A model generated the notes under the pieces. That model was not told where the DNA came from. It did no database searches and saw nothing but the letters and a program-made list of their open reading frames with translations. The translations under genes were made by a program, and so were the position numbers. Below are positions 41,586 to 51,939 of a stretch of DNA of 64,000 nt, piece after piece. This stretch comes from Flavobacteriales bacterium (GTDB taxonomy: Bacteria; Bacteroidota; Bacteroidia; Flavobacteriales_F; PHOS-HE28): positions 159,870 to 223,869 of the forward strand of contig JAEUSU010000007.1 of assembly GCA_016788635.1 (NCBI GenBank), read 5' to 3'. Positions within the stretch are counted from its first letter, which is position 1. Each line of letters begins with the position of its first letter.

Positions 41586-43699
41586 AGGATCCCCAGCGCA
41601 TCCTCCGCATCCGCCTGCTGCTCGTGGCCTCCGCCATGGTCCTCTTCGCCGCCGCCATCGTGGTGAAGCTCTTCGTGGTGCAGATGGCCGATGGCGGACG
41701 GTGGGCCGCGCGCGCCGAGCAGGTGGCCACCGCCTACCGCAGCGTGCAGCCGGACCGCGGCCACATCTACAGCGATGACGGCCGCCTGCTGGCCACCAGC
41801 GTGCCCGAGTACGAGGTGCGCATGGACATGCGGGCCGACGGCCTCACCGATGCGCTCTTCCATTCGCGCCTGGATTCGTTGAGCGCCGCGCTCAGCCAGC
41901 TTTTCCGCGACCGCGAGGCCTCCGCCTACCGCCGCGACCTGTTGGACGCCCGCGCACGCGGTGAACGCTACCACCTGGTGAAGCGCCGCTGCGACCATGA
42001 GCAGCTGCAGACGCTGAAGACCTTCCCGCTCTTCAAGCTCGGCCGTTTCAACAGCGGCCTCATCGTGGAGAAGCGCACCGTGCGCGTGCGCCCCTTCGGC
42101 CGGCTGGCCGCGCGCACCGTGGGCTTCGTACTGAAGGACAGCACCGTGGTGGGCCTGGAGGCCGGCTATGCCAAATGGTTGCAGGGCGTCACCGGCCGCC
42201 GCCTCGAGCGCCGCCTTGCCGGTGGTGTGTGGATGCCGATCGATGAAGGAACCGGACAGGACCCCGTGCCCGGCAGCGACATCCACACCAGCATCGACAT
42301 CAACCTGCAGGACGTGGCCGATGCCGCGTTGGAAGCGCAACTGCGCAAGCATGGCGCACACCACGGCTGTGTGGTGGTGATGGAGACCGCCACCGGCTAC
42401 ATCAAGGCCATCAGCAACCTCACACGCAAGGGCGACAGCACCTACGTGGAGGACCTCAACTACGCCATCGGTACCGCCACCGAGCCGGGCAGCACCTTCA
42501 AGACCGCCGCGCTGATGGTGGCGCTGGAGGACGGCCTGGTGCGCCCCACGGACACCGTGGACACCCGCGGCGGCACCGCGCGCTTCCACGACCGCATCAT
42601 GCGCGACTCGCACGAGGGAGGCTACGGCCGCATCACCGTGCAACGCGCATTGGAGCTGAGCAGCAACACCGGCATCTCCAAGGCCATCCACCGCGCCTAC
42701 GCCACCGACCCCGGCCGCTTCGTGGCGGGCCTGCGCCGCATGGGGCTGGACCAGCCCACCGGCGTGCGCGTGCCCGGCGAGCCGCTGCCCACCCTGCGCA
42801 GCCCCGGCGACAAGGGCTGGAGCGGCGTGAGCCTCCCGTGGATGAGCATCGGCTACGAAGTGGGCATGACCCCGCTGCAGGTGCTCGCCTTCTACAACGC
42901 CATCGCGAACGAGGGCCGCCTGATGCAGCCGCAGCTCGTGCGCTCCATCACCCGCACGGGCAACACGGTGCAGCAATTCCCACCGGTGACGATGAACCCC
43001 GCGATCTGCTCGCCCGCCACGCTGGCCACCATGCGCCGCATGCTGGAGGGCGTGGTGGACAGCGGCACCGCCACCAACCTGCGCGACGCGCACTTCCGCA
43101 TCGCGGGCAAGACCGGCACCGCGCAGATCGCGCGCGAGAACCTCGGCTACCGCGTGGATGGTGCGGTGGGCTACCAGGCCAGCTTCGTGGGCTACTTCCC
43201 TGCGGAAGCGCCACGCTACACGGCCATCGTGGTGGTGAGCTCGCCCAGCATGAGCGGCTACTACGGCAACGTGGTGGCGGGTCCCATCTTCCGCGAGATC
43301 GCCGACAAGATCCACGCGAACCGGCTGGAGCTGCAGACCGGTCTCGCCGTGGTGGAGCCCGATCCGCGCATGCCCGTGACCTATGGTGGCCACACGCGCG
43401 ATCTGCAGGCCGTGTTCCAGGCACTGAACGTGCCCGCCAGCTGGGTGGGCGAGGGCGAATGGTGTAGTACCACCGCCACCGACAGCCTGGTGCTGGTGCG
43501 ACCGCGCGAGCTGCCCGATGCCGGAACGCACCGTGTGCCCAACGTGCTCGGCATGGGCCTGCGCGATGCGCTGTACCTGCTGGAGAACCAGGGCCTGCGC
43601 GTGCAGGTGCGCGGCCACGGCATGGTGCGCCGCCAGTCCATCCAACCCGGCACCGTGGCTGGCCAGGGTTCCACCATCATCCTCGAGCTCGCCGCATGA
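41582..43699 (+). CDS. ftsI: penicillin-binding protein 3 / FtsI transpeptidase with C-terminal PASTA domain
   Basis: It has SxxK (GSTFKTA), SxN (LSSNTG) and KTG (GKTGTAQ) motifs, plus a PASTA-like end (VPNVLGMGLRDALYLLENQGLRV). The GTG start at 41582 overlaps the ftsL stop. The 849-aa ORF in the track is an out-of-context upstream extension. Confidence 0.85.
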   Translation: MKDPQRILRIRLLLVASAMVLFAAAIVVKLFVVQMADGGRWAARAEQVATAYRSVQPDRGHIYSDDGRLLATSVPEYEVRMDMRADGLTDALFHSRLDSLSAALSQLFRDREASAYRRDLLDARARGERYHLVKRRCDHEQLQTLKTFPLFKLGRFNSGLIVEKRTVRVRPFGRLAARTVGFVLKDSTVVGLEAGYAKWLQGVTGRRLERRLAGGVWMPIDEGTGQDPVPGSDIHTSIDINLQDVADAALEAQLRKHGAHHGCVVVMETATGYIKAISNLTRKGDSTYVEDLNYAIGTATEPGSTFKTAALMVALEDGLVRPTDTVDTRGGTARFHDRIMRDSHEGGYGRITVQRALELSSNTGISKAIHRAYATDPGRFVAGLRRMGLDQPTGVRVPGEPLPTLRSPGDKGWSGVSLPWMSIGYEVGMTPLQVLAFYNAIANEGRLMQPQLVRSITRTGNTVQQFPPVTMNPAICSPATLATMRRMLEGVVDSGTATNLRDAHFRIAGKTGTAQIARENLGYRVDGAVGYQASFVGYFPAEAPRYTAIVVVSSPSMSGYYGNVVAGPIFREIADKIHANRLELQTGLAVVEPDPRMPVTYGGHTRDLQAVFQALNVPASWVGEGEWCSTTATDSLVLVRPRELPDAGTHRVPNVLGMGLRDALYLLENQGLRVQVRGHGMVRRQSIQPGTVAGQGSTIILELAA

Positions 43700-45159
43700 A
43701 GCTGCTGAAGGACATCCTCTACAAGGTGCGCCTGGAACAGGTGGAGGGCAGCACGCAGACCGCCATCGAGGGCCTCGCCTTCGACAGCCGGCAGGTGCGC
43801 CCCTTCACCGCCTTCTTCGCCATGCCCGGCACCCAGGCCGATGGGCATGACCACATCCCGCAGGCACAGGAGAAGGGCGCAGCCGCCATCATCTGCCAGC
43901 GGCTGCCGGAGGAACTGAAAGAGGGTGTGACCTACGTGCGCGTGCACGACGTGCCGCTCGCGCTGGCCACCATGGCCGCCAATTACCACGATCATCCCTC
44001 GCGGCAACTCAAGCTCGTGGGTGTCACCGGCACCAACGGCAAGACCAGTGTCACCACACTGCTTTATGGATTGTTCCGCTCGCTCAACCGCAAGTGCGGC
44101 CTCATCGGCACGGTGGAGACGCGCATCGGGCGCGAGCGCATCGCGAGCACGCACACCACGCCCGACGTGCTGAGGCTGAACGAACTGCTCGTACGCATGG
44201 TGAAGGAGGGCTGCACGCACTGCTTCCTGGAAGTGAGCTCGCACAGCGTGGTGCAGGAGCGCATCGCCGGGCTCGAATTCACCGGCGGCGTCTTCACCAA
44301 CCTCACGCACGACCACCTGGACTACCACGGCACCTTCGCCAACTACCTGGCCGCGAAGAAGCGCTTCTTCGACCAGCTGCCGGAGGAAGCCTTCGCACTG
44401 GCGAACGCGGATGATGCGAACGGCACGGTGATGCTGCAGAACACCCGCGCCGCGCGCCGCACCTATGCGCTGCGCGGTCCGGCCGACCACCGCGCACGCA
44501 TCATCGAGAACCAGCTGAGCGGCCTGCACCTGGAGATCGACGGGCACGACCTGTACACCCGCATGGTGGGCGCCTTCAACGCGAGCAACCTGCTGGCCGT
44601 GTACGCCACCGCCATGCAACTGGGCGAGCGCCCGCTGGACGTGCTCACCGCGCTGAGCGACCTGCACCCGCCCGCCGGCCGTTTCCAGCATGTGCGCGGC
44701 GCCAGCGGCATCACCGGCATCGTGGACTATGCGCACACGCCCGATGCGCTGAAGAACGTGCTTTCCACCATCCGCGAGGTGTGCACCGGTGGCGAACGCG
44801 TGATCACGGTGGTGGGCTGCGGCGGCGACCGCGATCGCAGCAAGCGTCCGTTGATGGCCCGCATCGCGGCGGAGTTGAGCGACGTGGTGGTGCTCACCAG
44901 CGACAACCCGCGCAGCGAGGATCCCCATGCCATCATCCAGGAGATGAAGGTGGGGCTCACCGGCAGCGCCTCGCATGTGTTCGTGAACGCGGACAGGCGC
45001 GAGGCCATCCGCCAGGCCGCCGGCATGGCGCGCACGGGCGATGTGCTGCTGGTGGCCGGCAAGGGCCACGAGACCTATCAGGAGATCGCCGGGGTGAAGC
45101 ACCCCTTCGATGATGTCGCCGTGCTGCAGGAAACGCTGGCCACAACACCCACCAACTGA
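43696..45159 (+). CDS. murE: UDP-N-acetylmuramoyl-L-alanyl-D-glutamate--2,6-diaminopimelate ligase
   Basis: It has [10 protein letters not shown] and the DNPRSEDP motif, and occupies the dcw position. Confidence 0.9.
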   Translation: MKLLKDILYKVRLEQVEGSTQTAIEGLAFDSRQVRPFTAFFAMPGTQADGHDHIPQAQEKGAAAIICQRLPEELKEGVTYVRVHDVPLALATMAANYHDHPSRQLKLVGVTGTNGKTSVTTLLYGLFRSLNRKCGLIGTVETRIGRERIASTHTTPDVLRLNELLVRMVKEGCTHCFLEVSSHSVVQERIAGLEFTGGVFTNLTHDHLDYHGTFANYLAAKKRFFDQLPEEAFALANADDANGTVMLQNTRAARRTYALRGPADHRARIIENQLSGLHLEIDGHDLYTRMVGAFNASNLLAVYATAMQLGERPLDVLTALSDLHPPAGRFQHVRGASGITGIVDYAHTPDALKNVLSTIREVCTGGERVITVVGCGGDRDRSKRPLMARIAAELSDVVVLTSDNPRSEDPHAIIQEMKVGLTGSASHVFVNADRREAIRQAAGMARTGDVLLVAGKGHETYQEIAGVKHPFDDVAVLQETLATTPTN

Positions 45160-46406
45160 TGCTCTACCACTTCTTCCAGACCATTGGTGAGGGCGTCCCG
45201 GGAAGCGGGGCCTTCGGCTACATCAGCTTCCGCGCCGCCATGGCCGTGATGACGTCGTTGATCATCACGCTCTGGTTCGGCAAGGGCATCATCCGCCTGC
45301 TGCGCCGGTTGCAGGTGGGCGAGACCGTGCGCGACCTCGGCCTTGAAGGGCAGCTGCAGAAACAGGGCACTCCCACCATGGGCGGCCTCATGATCCTCGC
45401 GGGCACCATCATTCCCACGCTGCTCTTCGCGCGGCTGGACAACATCTACATCCTGCTCATGCTCGCCAGCACCGTGTGGCTGGGCGCCATCGGCTTCATT
45501 GATGACTACATCAAGGTCTTCAAGAAGGACAAGCGCGGGCTGGCCGGCAAGTTCAAGGTGATCGGGCAGATCGGCATCGGCCTCATCGTGGGCCTCACGG
45601 TCTATTTCCATCCCAGCATCCGCACCAAGGTGGAGATCCCCCAGGTGCTGGCCATGCAGTTCCCCGATGAGGAGATCACCTCGTTCGTGGAGGACGACGG
45701 GCAGGTGCACTACCTGCTGGACCGCCGCCAGCCCAACACCACGATCCCCTTCGTGAAGGGCAACGAGTTCAACTACTCGTCCATCCCCGGCCTCTTCGGG
45801 CGTGAAGCGCGGAAGTACACCTGGCTCGTGTATGTACTGGTGGTCATCTTCATCATCACCGCGGTGAGCAACGGCGCCAACATCACCGACGGCATCGACG
45901 GGCTCGCCGCCGGCACCAGCGCCATCATCATGCTCACGCTCGGTGTGCTCACGTACATCGGCGGCAACATCATCTTCAGCCAGTACCTGGATGTGATGTA
46001 CATCCCCGGCGCGGGTGAGCTGGTGGTCTTCATCGGCGCCATGCTCGGGGGCTGCATCGGCTTCCTCTGGTACAACGCGTACCCGGCGCAGGTCTTCATG
46101 GGCGATACGGGTTCGCTCGCCTTGGGCGGCATCATCGCCACGCTGGCCATCCTGGTGCGCAAGGAGCTGCTGATCCCCGTGCTCTGCGGCATCTTCCTCG
46201 TGGAGAACCTGAGCGTGATGCTGCAGGTCTCCTGGTTCAAGTACACGAAGAAGAAGTACGGTGAGGGGCGTCGCATCTTCAAGATGTCGCCCCTGCACCA
46301 CCACTACCAGAAGCTCGGCTACCACGAAAGCAAGATCGTGTCGCGCTTCTGGATCGTGGGCGTGATGCTGGCCGTGATCACCCTCGTCACCCTCAAGCTC
46401 AGATGA
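45159..46406 (+). CDS. mraY: phospho-N-acetylmuramoyl-pentapeptide transferase
   Basis: This polytopic protein has [13 protein letters not shown] and [12 protein letters not shown], and occupies the dcw position. Confidence 0.9.
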   Translation: MLYHFFQTIGEGVPGSGAFGYISFRAAMAVMTSLIITLWFGKGIIRLLRRLQVGETVRDLGLEGQLQKQGTPTMGGLMILAGTIIPTLLFARLDNIYILLMLASTVWLGAIGFIDDYIKVFKKDKRGLAGKFKVIGQIGIGLIVGLTVYFHPSIRTKVEIPQVLAMQFPDEEITSFVEDDGQVHYLLDRRQPNTTIPFVKGNEFNYSSIPGLFGREARKYTWLVYVLVVIFIITAVSNGANITDGIDGLAAGTSAIIMLTLGVLTYIGGNIIFSQYLDVMYIPGAGELVVFIGAMLGGCIGFLWYNAYPAQVFMGDTGSLALGGIIATLAILVRKELLIPVLCGIFLVENLSVMLQVSWFKYTKKKYGEGRRIFKMSPLHHHYQKLGYHESKIVSRFWIVGVMLAVITLVTLKLR

Positions 46407-47737
46407 GAAGGATCGCCGTGCTGGGCGCACAGGAGAGCGGTGTGGGCGCGGCGGTGCTGGCGCAGCGCCTGGGCCTGCCCGTGTTCGTGAGCGATGCGGG
46501 TAACATCAAACCGAAGTACCGCGCGGTGCTCGTGGCGCAGGGCATCGCCTTCGAGGAGGGCGGCCACAGTGCCGCACGCGTGCTGGACGCCGACGAGGTG
46601 GTGAAGAGCCCGGGCATACCGGACACCGCGCCGCTGGTGCGCGAGGCGGTGGCGAAGGGCATCCCCGTGATCAGCGAGATCGAGTTCGCCGCGCGGCACA
46701 CCACCGCGCCCATCGTGGCCATCACCGGCAGCAACGGCAAGACCACCACCACGCTGCTCACCCACCACATCCTGACCAGGGCGGGCTTGGACGCGGGGCT
46801 GGCCGGCAACGTGGGTGACAGCTTCGCCGGGCAGCTGGCCCAGGGCGACCGCGCCATCTGGGTCCTCGAGGTGAGCAGCTTCCAGCTCGATGGCACGCGT
46901 GACTTCCGTCCGCACATCGCCATCCTCACCAACATCACCCCCGACCACCTGGACCGCTATGCCTACCGCATGGAGGCTTATGTGGACAGCAAGTTCCGCG
47001 TGGCCATGAACCAGTCCGCCACGGACCACTTCATCCACTGCGCCGACGATCCCGAGACCAATGCCGGCCTCGCCCGACATACCGTGCGCGCGCGTCGCTG
47101 GCCCTTCTCCATCACCCAAGAGGTGCCCCAGGGCGCCTTCCTGAAAGACGATCACATCCACATCCTCACCGACCAAACCCCGTTCCGCATGAGCCTCTTT
47201 GAACTCGCACTCCAAGGCAAACACAATGTGTACAACTCCATGGCCGCCGGCATCGCCGGACGCATCCTCGAGATCCGCAACGAGAGCGTGCGCGAGAGCC
47301 TGAGCGACTTCCAGAACATCGAGCACCGCCTGGAGCGTGTGGCCACGGTGAACGGCGTCGAGTTCATCAACGACAGCAAGGCCACCAATGTGAACAGTGC
47401 CTGGTTCGCGATGGAATGCATGGAGAAGCCCGTGATCTGGGTGGCCGGAGGTGTGGACAAGGGCAACGACTACAGCAGTTTGATGCCGCTTGTGCAGAAG
47501 AAGGTGAAGGCCATTGTGTGCCTGGGCACCGACAACGCGAAGCTGCACGCCGCTTTCGGTGCGCTGGGCCTGCCCATGGTGGATGTGCAAAGTGCGGAGG
47601 CCGCCGTACAGGCATCCTATGAGCTGGCCGACCCTGGTGATGTGGTGTTGCTGAGCCCGGCCTGCGCCAGCTTCGACCTCTTCGAGAATTACGAGGAGCG
47701 CGGACGTCGCTTCAAGTCCGCCGTACGCGCGCTCTGA
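46403..47737 (+). CDS. murD: UDP-N-acetylmuramoylalanine--D-glutamate ligase
   Basis: It has [17 protein letters not shown] and the C-terminal [17 protein letters not shown]. Confidence 0.9.
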   Translation: MRRIAVLGAQESGVGAAVLAQRLGLPVFVSDAGNIKPKYRAVLVAQGIAFEEGGHSAARVLDADEVVKSPGIPDTAPLVREAVAKGIPVISEIEFAARHTTAPIVAITGSNGKTTTTLLTHHILTRAGLDAGLAGNVGDSFAGQLAQGDRAIWVLEVSSFQLDGTRDFRPHIAILTNITPDHLDRYAYRMEAYVDSKFRVAMNQSATDHFIHCADDPETNAGLARHTVRARRWPFSITQEVPQGAFLKDDHIHILTDQTPFRMSLFELALQGKHNVYNSMAAGIAGRILEIRNESVRESLSDFQNIEHRLERVATVNGVEFINDSKATNVNSAWFAMECMEKPVIWVAGGVDKGNDYSSLMPLVQKKVKAIVCLGTDNAKLHAAFGALGLPMVDVQSAEAAVQASYELADPGDVVLLSPACASFDLFENYEERGRRFKSAVRAL

Positions 47738-47765
47738 TCAATTGAACCTCCAACGCTCCACGACC

Positions 47766-48281
47766 ATGGACCAGCACAAGCCGAACCCGGTCACGCGCGG
47801 CGCACTCTCCGCCGAGCAGCTCATTCAGGCCCGCCAGCACTCCACACCGCTGCCCGTGCAGACGGCGCACAGCATGGAGCTGGTGGCCACCGTCAACGGG
47901 GTGGACTACGTGAACGATTCGCGCGCCACCTTCCTGGACGCCACCCTGCGCACCATGTCCGACCTGGACCGACCCGTGGTGTGGATAGCCGGGGCGGTGG
48001 GTGCCGAGGCCGGCAGCGCGCACATCAGCGAGTTCCTGCGCGAACGTGTGGTGGCCTTGGTGCTCTTCGGAAAGGCGGGCAGCGGTAGCATTGACGCATT
48101 GCGCCCCTTCACCGAGCATGTGTACAGCGCCGAGGAATTGCGCACCGCCGTATTCCTGGCGCGCGAGCTGGCACGCGAGGGCGAGGTGGTGCTCTTCAGT
48201 CCGGCCTGCCCCAGCAGCGACGGCTTCGCGAACTACGAGGAACGCGGCACCGAGTTCCGCCGTGCGGTGAAGGACCTCTGA
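47766..48281 (+). CDS. stand-alone Mur ligase C-terminal (domain 3) protein, MurD-derived paralog
   Basis: Its last 137 aa align without gaps to the last 137 aa of the adjacent MurD, with 52/137 identical by hand count (VATVNGV, NDS(K/R)AT, WIAG/WVAG, SPAC, NYEERG). It has no ATP-binding or UDP-binding domains. Confidence 0.7.
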   Translation: MDQHKPNPVTRGALSAEQLIQARQHSTPLPVQTAHSMELVATVNGVDYVNDSRATFLDATLRTMSDLDRPVVWIAGAVGAEAGSAHISEFLRERVVALVLFGKAGSGSIDALRPFTEHVYSAEELRTAVFLARELAREGEVVLFSPACPSSDGFANYEERGTEFRRAVKDL

Positions 48282-48297
48282 GCAACGGTACACGGCC

Positions 48298-49473
48298 ATG
48301 GAAGCCCTCTTCGAGCGACACCTGCGCGGCGACCGCACCATCTGGATGGTGGTGCTCTTCCTCGGGCTCATCAGCCTGCTGGCCGTGTACAGCTCGATCG
48401 CGTCCCTCGCCTACAAGAGCGGTGGTGGCACCCTGCGTTTCCTCTTCAAGCACGGGCTCATGCTCGCATCCGGCGGCGCCATCATGTACATGGCCAGCCG
48501 GCTCCGCTACACCGTGTATTCGCGCCTGTCGAGCCTCGCCATCTACGCGGTGGTGGGGTTGTTGGCCCTTACGCTGGTGATGGGCGCCAACCTCAATTCC
48601 GCTTCGCGCTGGATGGAGGTGCCCGTGCTGGGCGTCACCTTCCAGAGCAGCGATCTGGCCAAGGTGGTGCTCATCGTGTACCTGGCGCGCGTGCTGGGCC
48701 GCCACCGTGAAGAGCCTTGGACACTGCGTGAAGTGGTGGTGCGCCTGATGGTTCCCGTGGGACTGGTGTGTGGATTGATATTGCCCGCCAACTTCAGTAC
48801 GGCGGCCCTGCTTTTCGCCGTTTGTCTGATGATGATGTTCATCGCACAGGTGCCGCTCAAGCATCTCTTCATGGTCCTCTTCGCCGCGACGGCCGTGTTC
48901 GCCGTGTTGTTGCTCGTGGCCAAGCTCGTACCCGGCGTGTTGCCCCGGTTGGACACCTGGCTGGCGCGCATCGAGAACTTCGGCGGTGGCAGTGCGGAGG
49001 CCAACTACCAGGTGGAGCACGCCAAGATCGCCATTGCGCACGGCGGCATCCTGCCCAACGGACCCGGCAGCGGCACCTCGCGCAACTATCTGCCGCACCC
49101 GTATTCGGACATGATCTACGCCTTCATCATCGAGGAGTACGGATCGCTGATCGGCGGCATGGGCCTCCTGCTCCTCTACCTCATCCTGCTCTTCCGCGGG
49201 GTGCGTATCGCCACGCGCAGTGAGAAGCGTTTCGGCAGCCTGGTGGCCATCGGGCTCTGCGCGAGCCTGGTGCTGCAGGCGCTGGTGAACATGGCCGTGG
49301 CCGTGAACCTGGTACCCGTCACCGGTCAACCGCTTCCACTGGTCAGCATGGGCGGCACCTCCATCCTCATTACCTGCCTGGCCATAGGCATCGTGCTCAG
49401 TGTGAGCCGGGGCCTGGGCGAGGGCACCCTGCATGATGCAGCCGCGACCAAACCGCGCACCGCAACCGCTTAG
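48298..49473 (+). CDS. ftsW: SEDS-family peptidoglycan glycosyltransferase FtsW
   Basis: It is a 10-TM SEDS protein with SDMIYAFIIEEYG and TGQPLPLVSMGGTS. Confidence 0.9.
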   Translation: MEALFERHLRGDRTIWMVVLFLGLISLLAVYSSIASLAYKSGGGTLRFLFKHGLMLASGGAIMYMASRLRYTVYSRLSSLAIYAVVGLLALTLVMGANLNSASRWMEVPVLGVTFQSSDLAKVVLIVYLARVLGRHREEPWTLREVVVRLMVPVGLVCGLILPANFSTAALLFAVCLMMMFIAQVPLKHLFMVLFAATAVFAVLLLVAKLVPGVLPRLDTWLARIENFGGGSAEANYQVEHAKIAIAHGGILPNGPGSGTSRNYLPHPYSDMIYAFIIEEYGSLIGGMGLLLLYLILLFRGVRIATRSEKRFGSLVAIGLCASLVLQALVNMAVAVNLVPVTGQPLPLVSMGGTSILITCLAIGIVLSVSRGLGEGTLHDAAATKPRTATA

Positions 49474-50563
49474 GGTGATGATCGCCGGCGGAGGCACGGG
49501 GGGGCACATCTTCCCGGCCATCGCCATTGCCCATGCCGTGCGTGAGCAACGATCCGATGCGGAGTTCCTCTTCGTGGGCGCAGAGGGAAAAATGGAAATG
49601 GAGAAGGTGCCTGCTGCGGGGTTCCGCATCGAAGCCCTGCCGATCCGCGGCTTTCAACGCGGTGCGATGCTGAAGAACCTGGGCCTGCCCTGGCGTCTGG
49701 TGCGCAGCCTGCTGCGGGCGCGGCAGTTGCTGCGCGTATTCAAGCCCGATGTGGTGGTGGGCGTGGGTGGCTACGCCAGCGGACCGTTGCTGGCGGCCGC
49801 GCAGCGCGCGGGTGTGCCCACGTTGATCCAGGAGCAGAACAGCCACGCCGGCATGACGAACCGCCACCTGGGCAAACGGGCGAGCGTGATCTGCGTGGCG
49901 TATGCGGGCATGGAGCGCTACTTCCCGAAGGAACGACTGCTGCTCACCGGCAATCCCGTGCGGCAGGAGGTGGTGCGGCTTGCGGGCAAGCAACCGCGTG
50001 GCATGGAGCACTTCGGCTTGCGGGAAGGTGCGCCTATCGTCTTCGTGACCGGTGGAAGTCTCGGCGCGCGAGGCATCAACCTCGGCATCGAAGCGGCGCT
50101 GCCACAACTGAAGAAGCGCGGTGTGCAGGTGATCTGGCAGACCGGACTACCCTTTGAGCAGCGTGCGCGTGAAGCCGTGCAGCGCCTGGCTTACGCGGAC
50201 TGCCACGTGCATCCCTTCGTGGCGCGCATGGACCTGGCCTATGCCGTGGCGGACCTGGTGGTGGCGCGTGCAGGCGCCATCAGCGTGAGTGAATTGGCGC
50301 TGGTGAAACTGCCGTCCATCCTGGTGCCCCTGCCCACCGCAGCAGAGGACCATCAGACCCGCAATGCGCGCGCGCTCACCGATCGCGGCGCGGCGGTGCT
50401 GGTGCCCGATGCCACCACCACCACGGATCTCGGCCCGGCCATTCTCCACCTGCTGGATGATGCCGATCAACGCGAGCGGCTTCGTTCAGCCATCGGTGCC
50501 ATGGGCGCGGAGAATGCCGCCGCCGCCATCGCTTCGGAAGTGATCCGCCTCGCCCGGTCATGA
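49433..50563 (+). CDS. murG: UDP-N-acetylglucosamine--N-acetylmuramyl-(pentapeptide) pyrophosphoryl-undecaprenol GlcNAc transferase
   Basis: It has GGGTGGHIFPAIAIA and AGAISVSELA...LVP.P....DHQ..NA. The start is uncertain (49433/49436, overlapping the ftsW end). Confidence 0.9.
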   Translation: MMQPRPNRAPQPLRVMIAGGGTGGHIFPAIAIAHAVREQRSDAEFLFVGAEGKMEMEKVPAAGFRIEALPIRGFQRGAMLKNLGLPWRLVRSLLRARQLLRVFKPDVVVGVGGYASGPLLAAAQRAGVPTLIQEQNSHAGMTNRHLGKRASVICVAYAGMERYFPKERLLLTGNPVRQEVVRLAGKQPRGMEHFGLREGAPIVFVTGGSLGARGINLGIEAALPQLKKRGVQVIWQTGLPFEQRAREAVQRLAYADCHVHPFVARMDLAYAVADLVVARAGAISVSELALVKLPSILVPLPTAAEDHQTRNARALTDRGAAVLVPDATTTTDLGPAILHLLDDADQRERLRSAIGAMGAENAAAAIASEVIRLARS

Positions 50564-51939
50564 GCACACCCTCGCCTGCATACCTCTATTTCATCGGCAT
50601 CGGTGGCATCGGCATGAGCGGCCTGGCGCGGTATTTCCGCCGGCGCGGCGCCACCGTGGCCGGCTATGACCGCACGCCCAGCGAGCTCATCGGCCAGCTG
50701 CGCATGGAGGGCATCGAGACGCAGTTCGATGAGAACCCCGCGCTGATACCGGATGCGTTCCGCACCGCGCAGCCAGACCATGTGCTCGTGGTGCGCACAC
50801 CTGCGGTGCCGGTGACCAGTCCGTTGCTGAAGTACTGGCAGGAGCGTGGGGCACGCATCGTGAAACGCAGCGAACTGCTCGGCCTGGTGACACGCGACCG
50901 CCCCACGCTCGCCGTGGCCGGCACGCATGGCAAGACCACCGTGAGCACCCTGCTCGCGCACCTGCTCACCGCCGGTGGCATCCCCTGCAATGCCTTCCTC
51001 GGGGGCATCAGCGCCAACTACGGCACCAATGTGCTGCTCAACGATGCCGCACGCTTCAACGTGGTGGAGGCCGATGAGTACGACCGCAGCTTCCTGCAGC
51101 TCCATCCGCACCAGGCCATCATCACCGCGATGGACCCGGACCACCTCGACATCTACGGCACGCCCGAGGCCATGGTGGAGGCCTACCGCCAGTTCGCGAA
51201 GGCCTGCAGCGGAGGGCTGCTCGTGCATGAACGGGCGGCTGACCACGTGAAGGACCTGCCGGGCGTGGAAGAGTATGCCATCAGCCCGACCGCTGTGCAC
51301 CGCGCTGAACACGTGCAGGTGAAGGACGGTGCGTACCACTTCGACCTGGTCTCGGGGCCTGTGCAACTGCGTGGCCTCACCCTGGGCATGCCCGGCCGGC
51401 ACAACGTGGAGAACGCCGTGGCCGCGAGCGCGCTGGCGTTGCGTGCGGGTCTTTCGCCCGAAGCCCTGCGGCAGGGCCTCGCCTCGTTCCGGGGTGTGCA
51501 ACGCCGCTTCGAGGTGCGCGCACGCACCTCCCGTTCGGTGCTGATCGATGACTATGCGCACCATCCAGCCGAGCTGGAGGCCTGCATCCTGTCGGCCCGT
51601 GAGCTCTTCCCCGGCCGCCGCATCACCGGCATCTTCCAGCCCCACCTCTTCAGCCGCACGCGCGACCTGGCCGAAGGTTTCGCGCGCAGCCTGGCCCTGC
51701 TCGATGACCTGCTGCTGCTGGAGATCTACCCCGCCCGCGAGGAGCCCATCCCCGGCATCACCTCGGCCTGGCTGTTGGAGCAGGTGCCCTTAAGGAACAA
51801 GTACCTGTGTACAAAACAGGAGCTGCAGGCCGGCGGGCACTTGCGCGAAGTGGACATCTTGCTCGCGCTTGGCGCGGGCGACATTGACCGGCTCGTTCCG
51901 CACCTGGCAGCCCGCATCGAGAACGGCCCCAACCCATGA
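50560..51939 (+). CDS. murC: UDP-N-acetylmuramate--L-alanine ligase
   Basis: It has FIGIGGIGMSGLA, AGTHGKTT and DDYAHHP. Confidence 0.9.
   Translation: MSTPSPAYLYFIGIGGIGMSGLARYFRRRGATVAGYDRTPSELIGQLRMEGIETQFDENPALIPDAFRTAQPDHVLVVRTPAVPVTSPLLKYWQERGARIVKRSELLGLVTRDRPTLAVAGTHGKTTVSTLLAHLLTAGGIPCNAFLGGISANYGTNVLLNDAARFNVVEADEYDRSFLQLHPHQAIITAMDPDHLDIYGTPEAMVEAYRQFAKACSGGLLVHERAADHVKDLPGVEEYAISPTAVHRAEHVQVKDGAYHFDLVSGPVQLRGLTLGMPGRHNVENAVAASALALRAGLSPEALRQGLASFRGVQRRFEVRARTSRSVLIDDYAHHPAELEACILSARELFPGRRITGIFQPHLFSRTRDLAEGFARSLALLDDLLLLEIYPAREEPIPGITSAWLLEQVPLRNKYLCTKQELQAGGHLREVDILLALGAGDIDRLVPHLAARIENGPNP

Noticed and set aside
41453-46430. Long - strand ORFs (730, 573 and 450 aa) lie antisense to ftsI, murE and mraY. 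Similar ones lie antisense to murD, ftsW, murC, ftsA and macA (for example 46319-47590, 48196-49629, 50467-51645, 52643-54079 and 61820-63079).
   Set aside because: The + strand genes carry unambiguous catalytic motifs and canonical dcw order. The antisense translations are His/Ala/Gly/Val-rich with no motifs.
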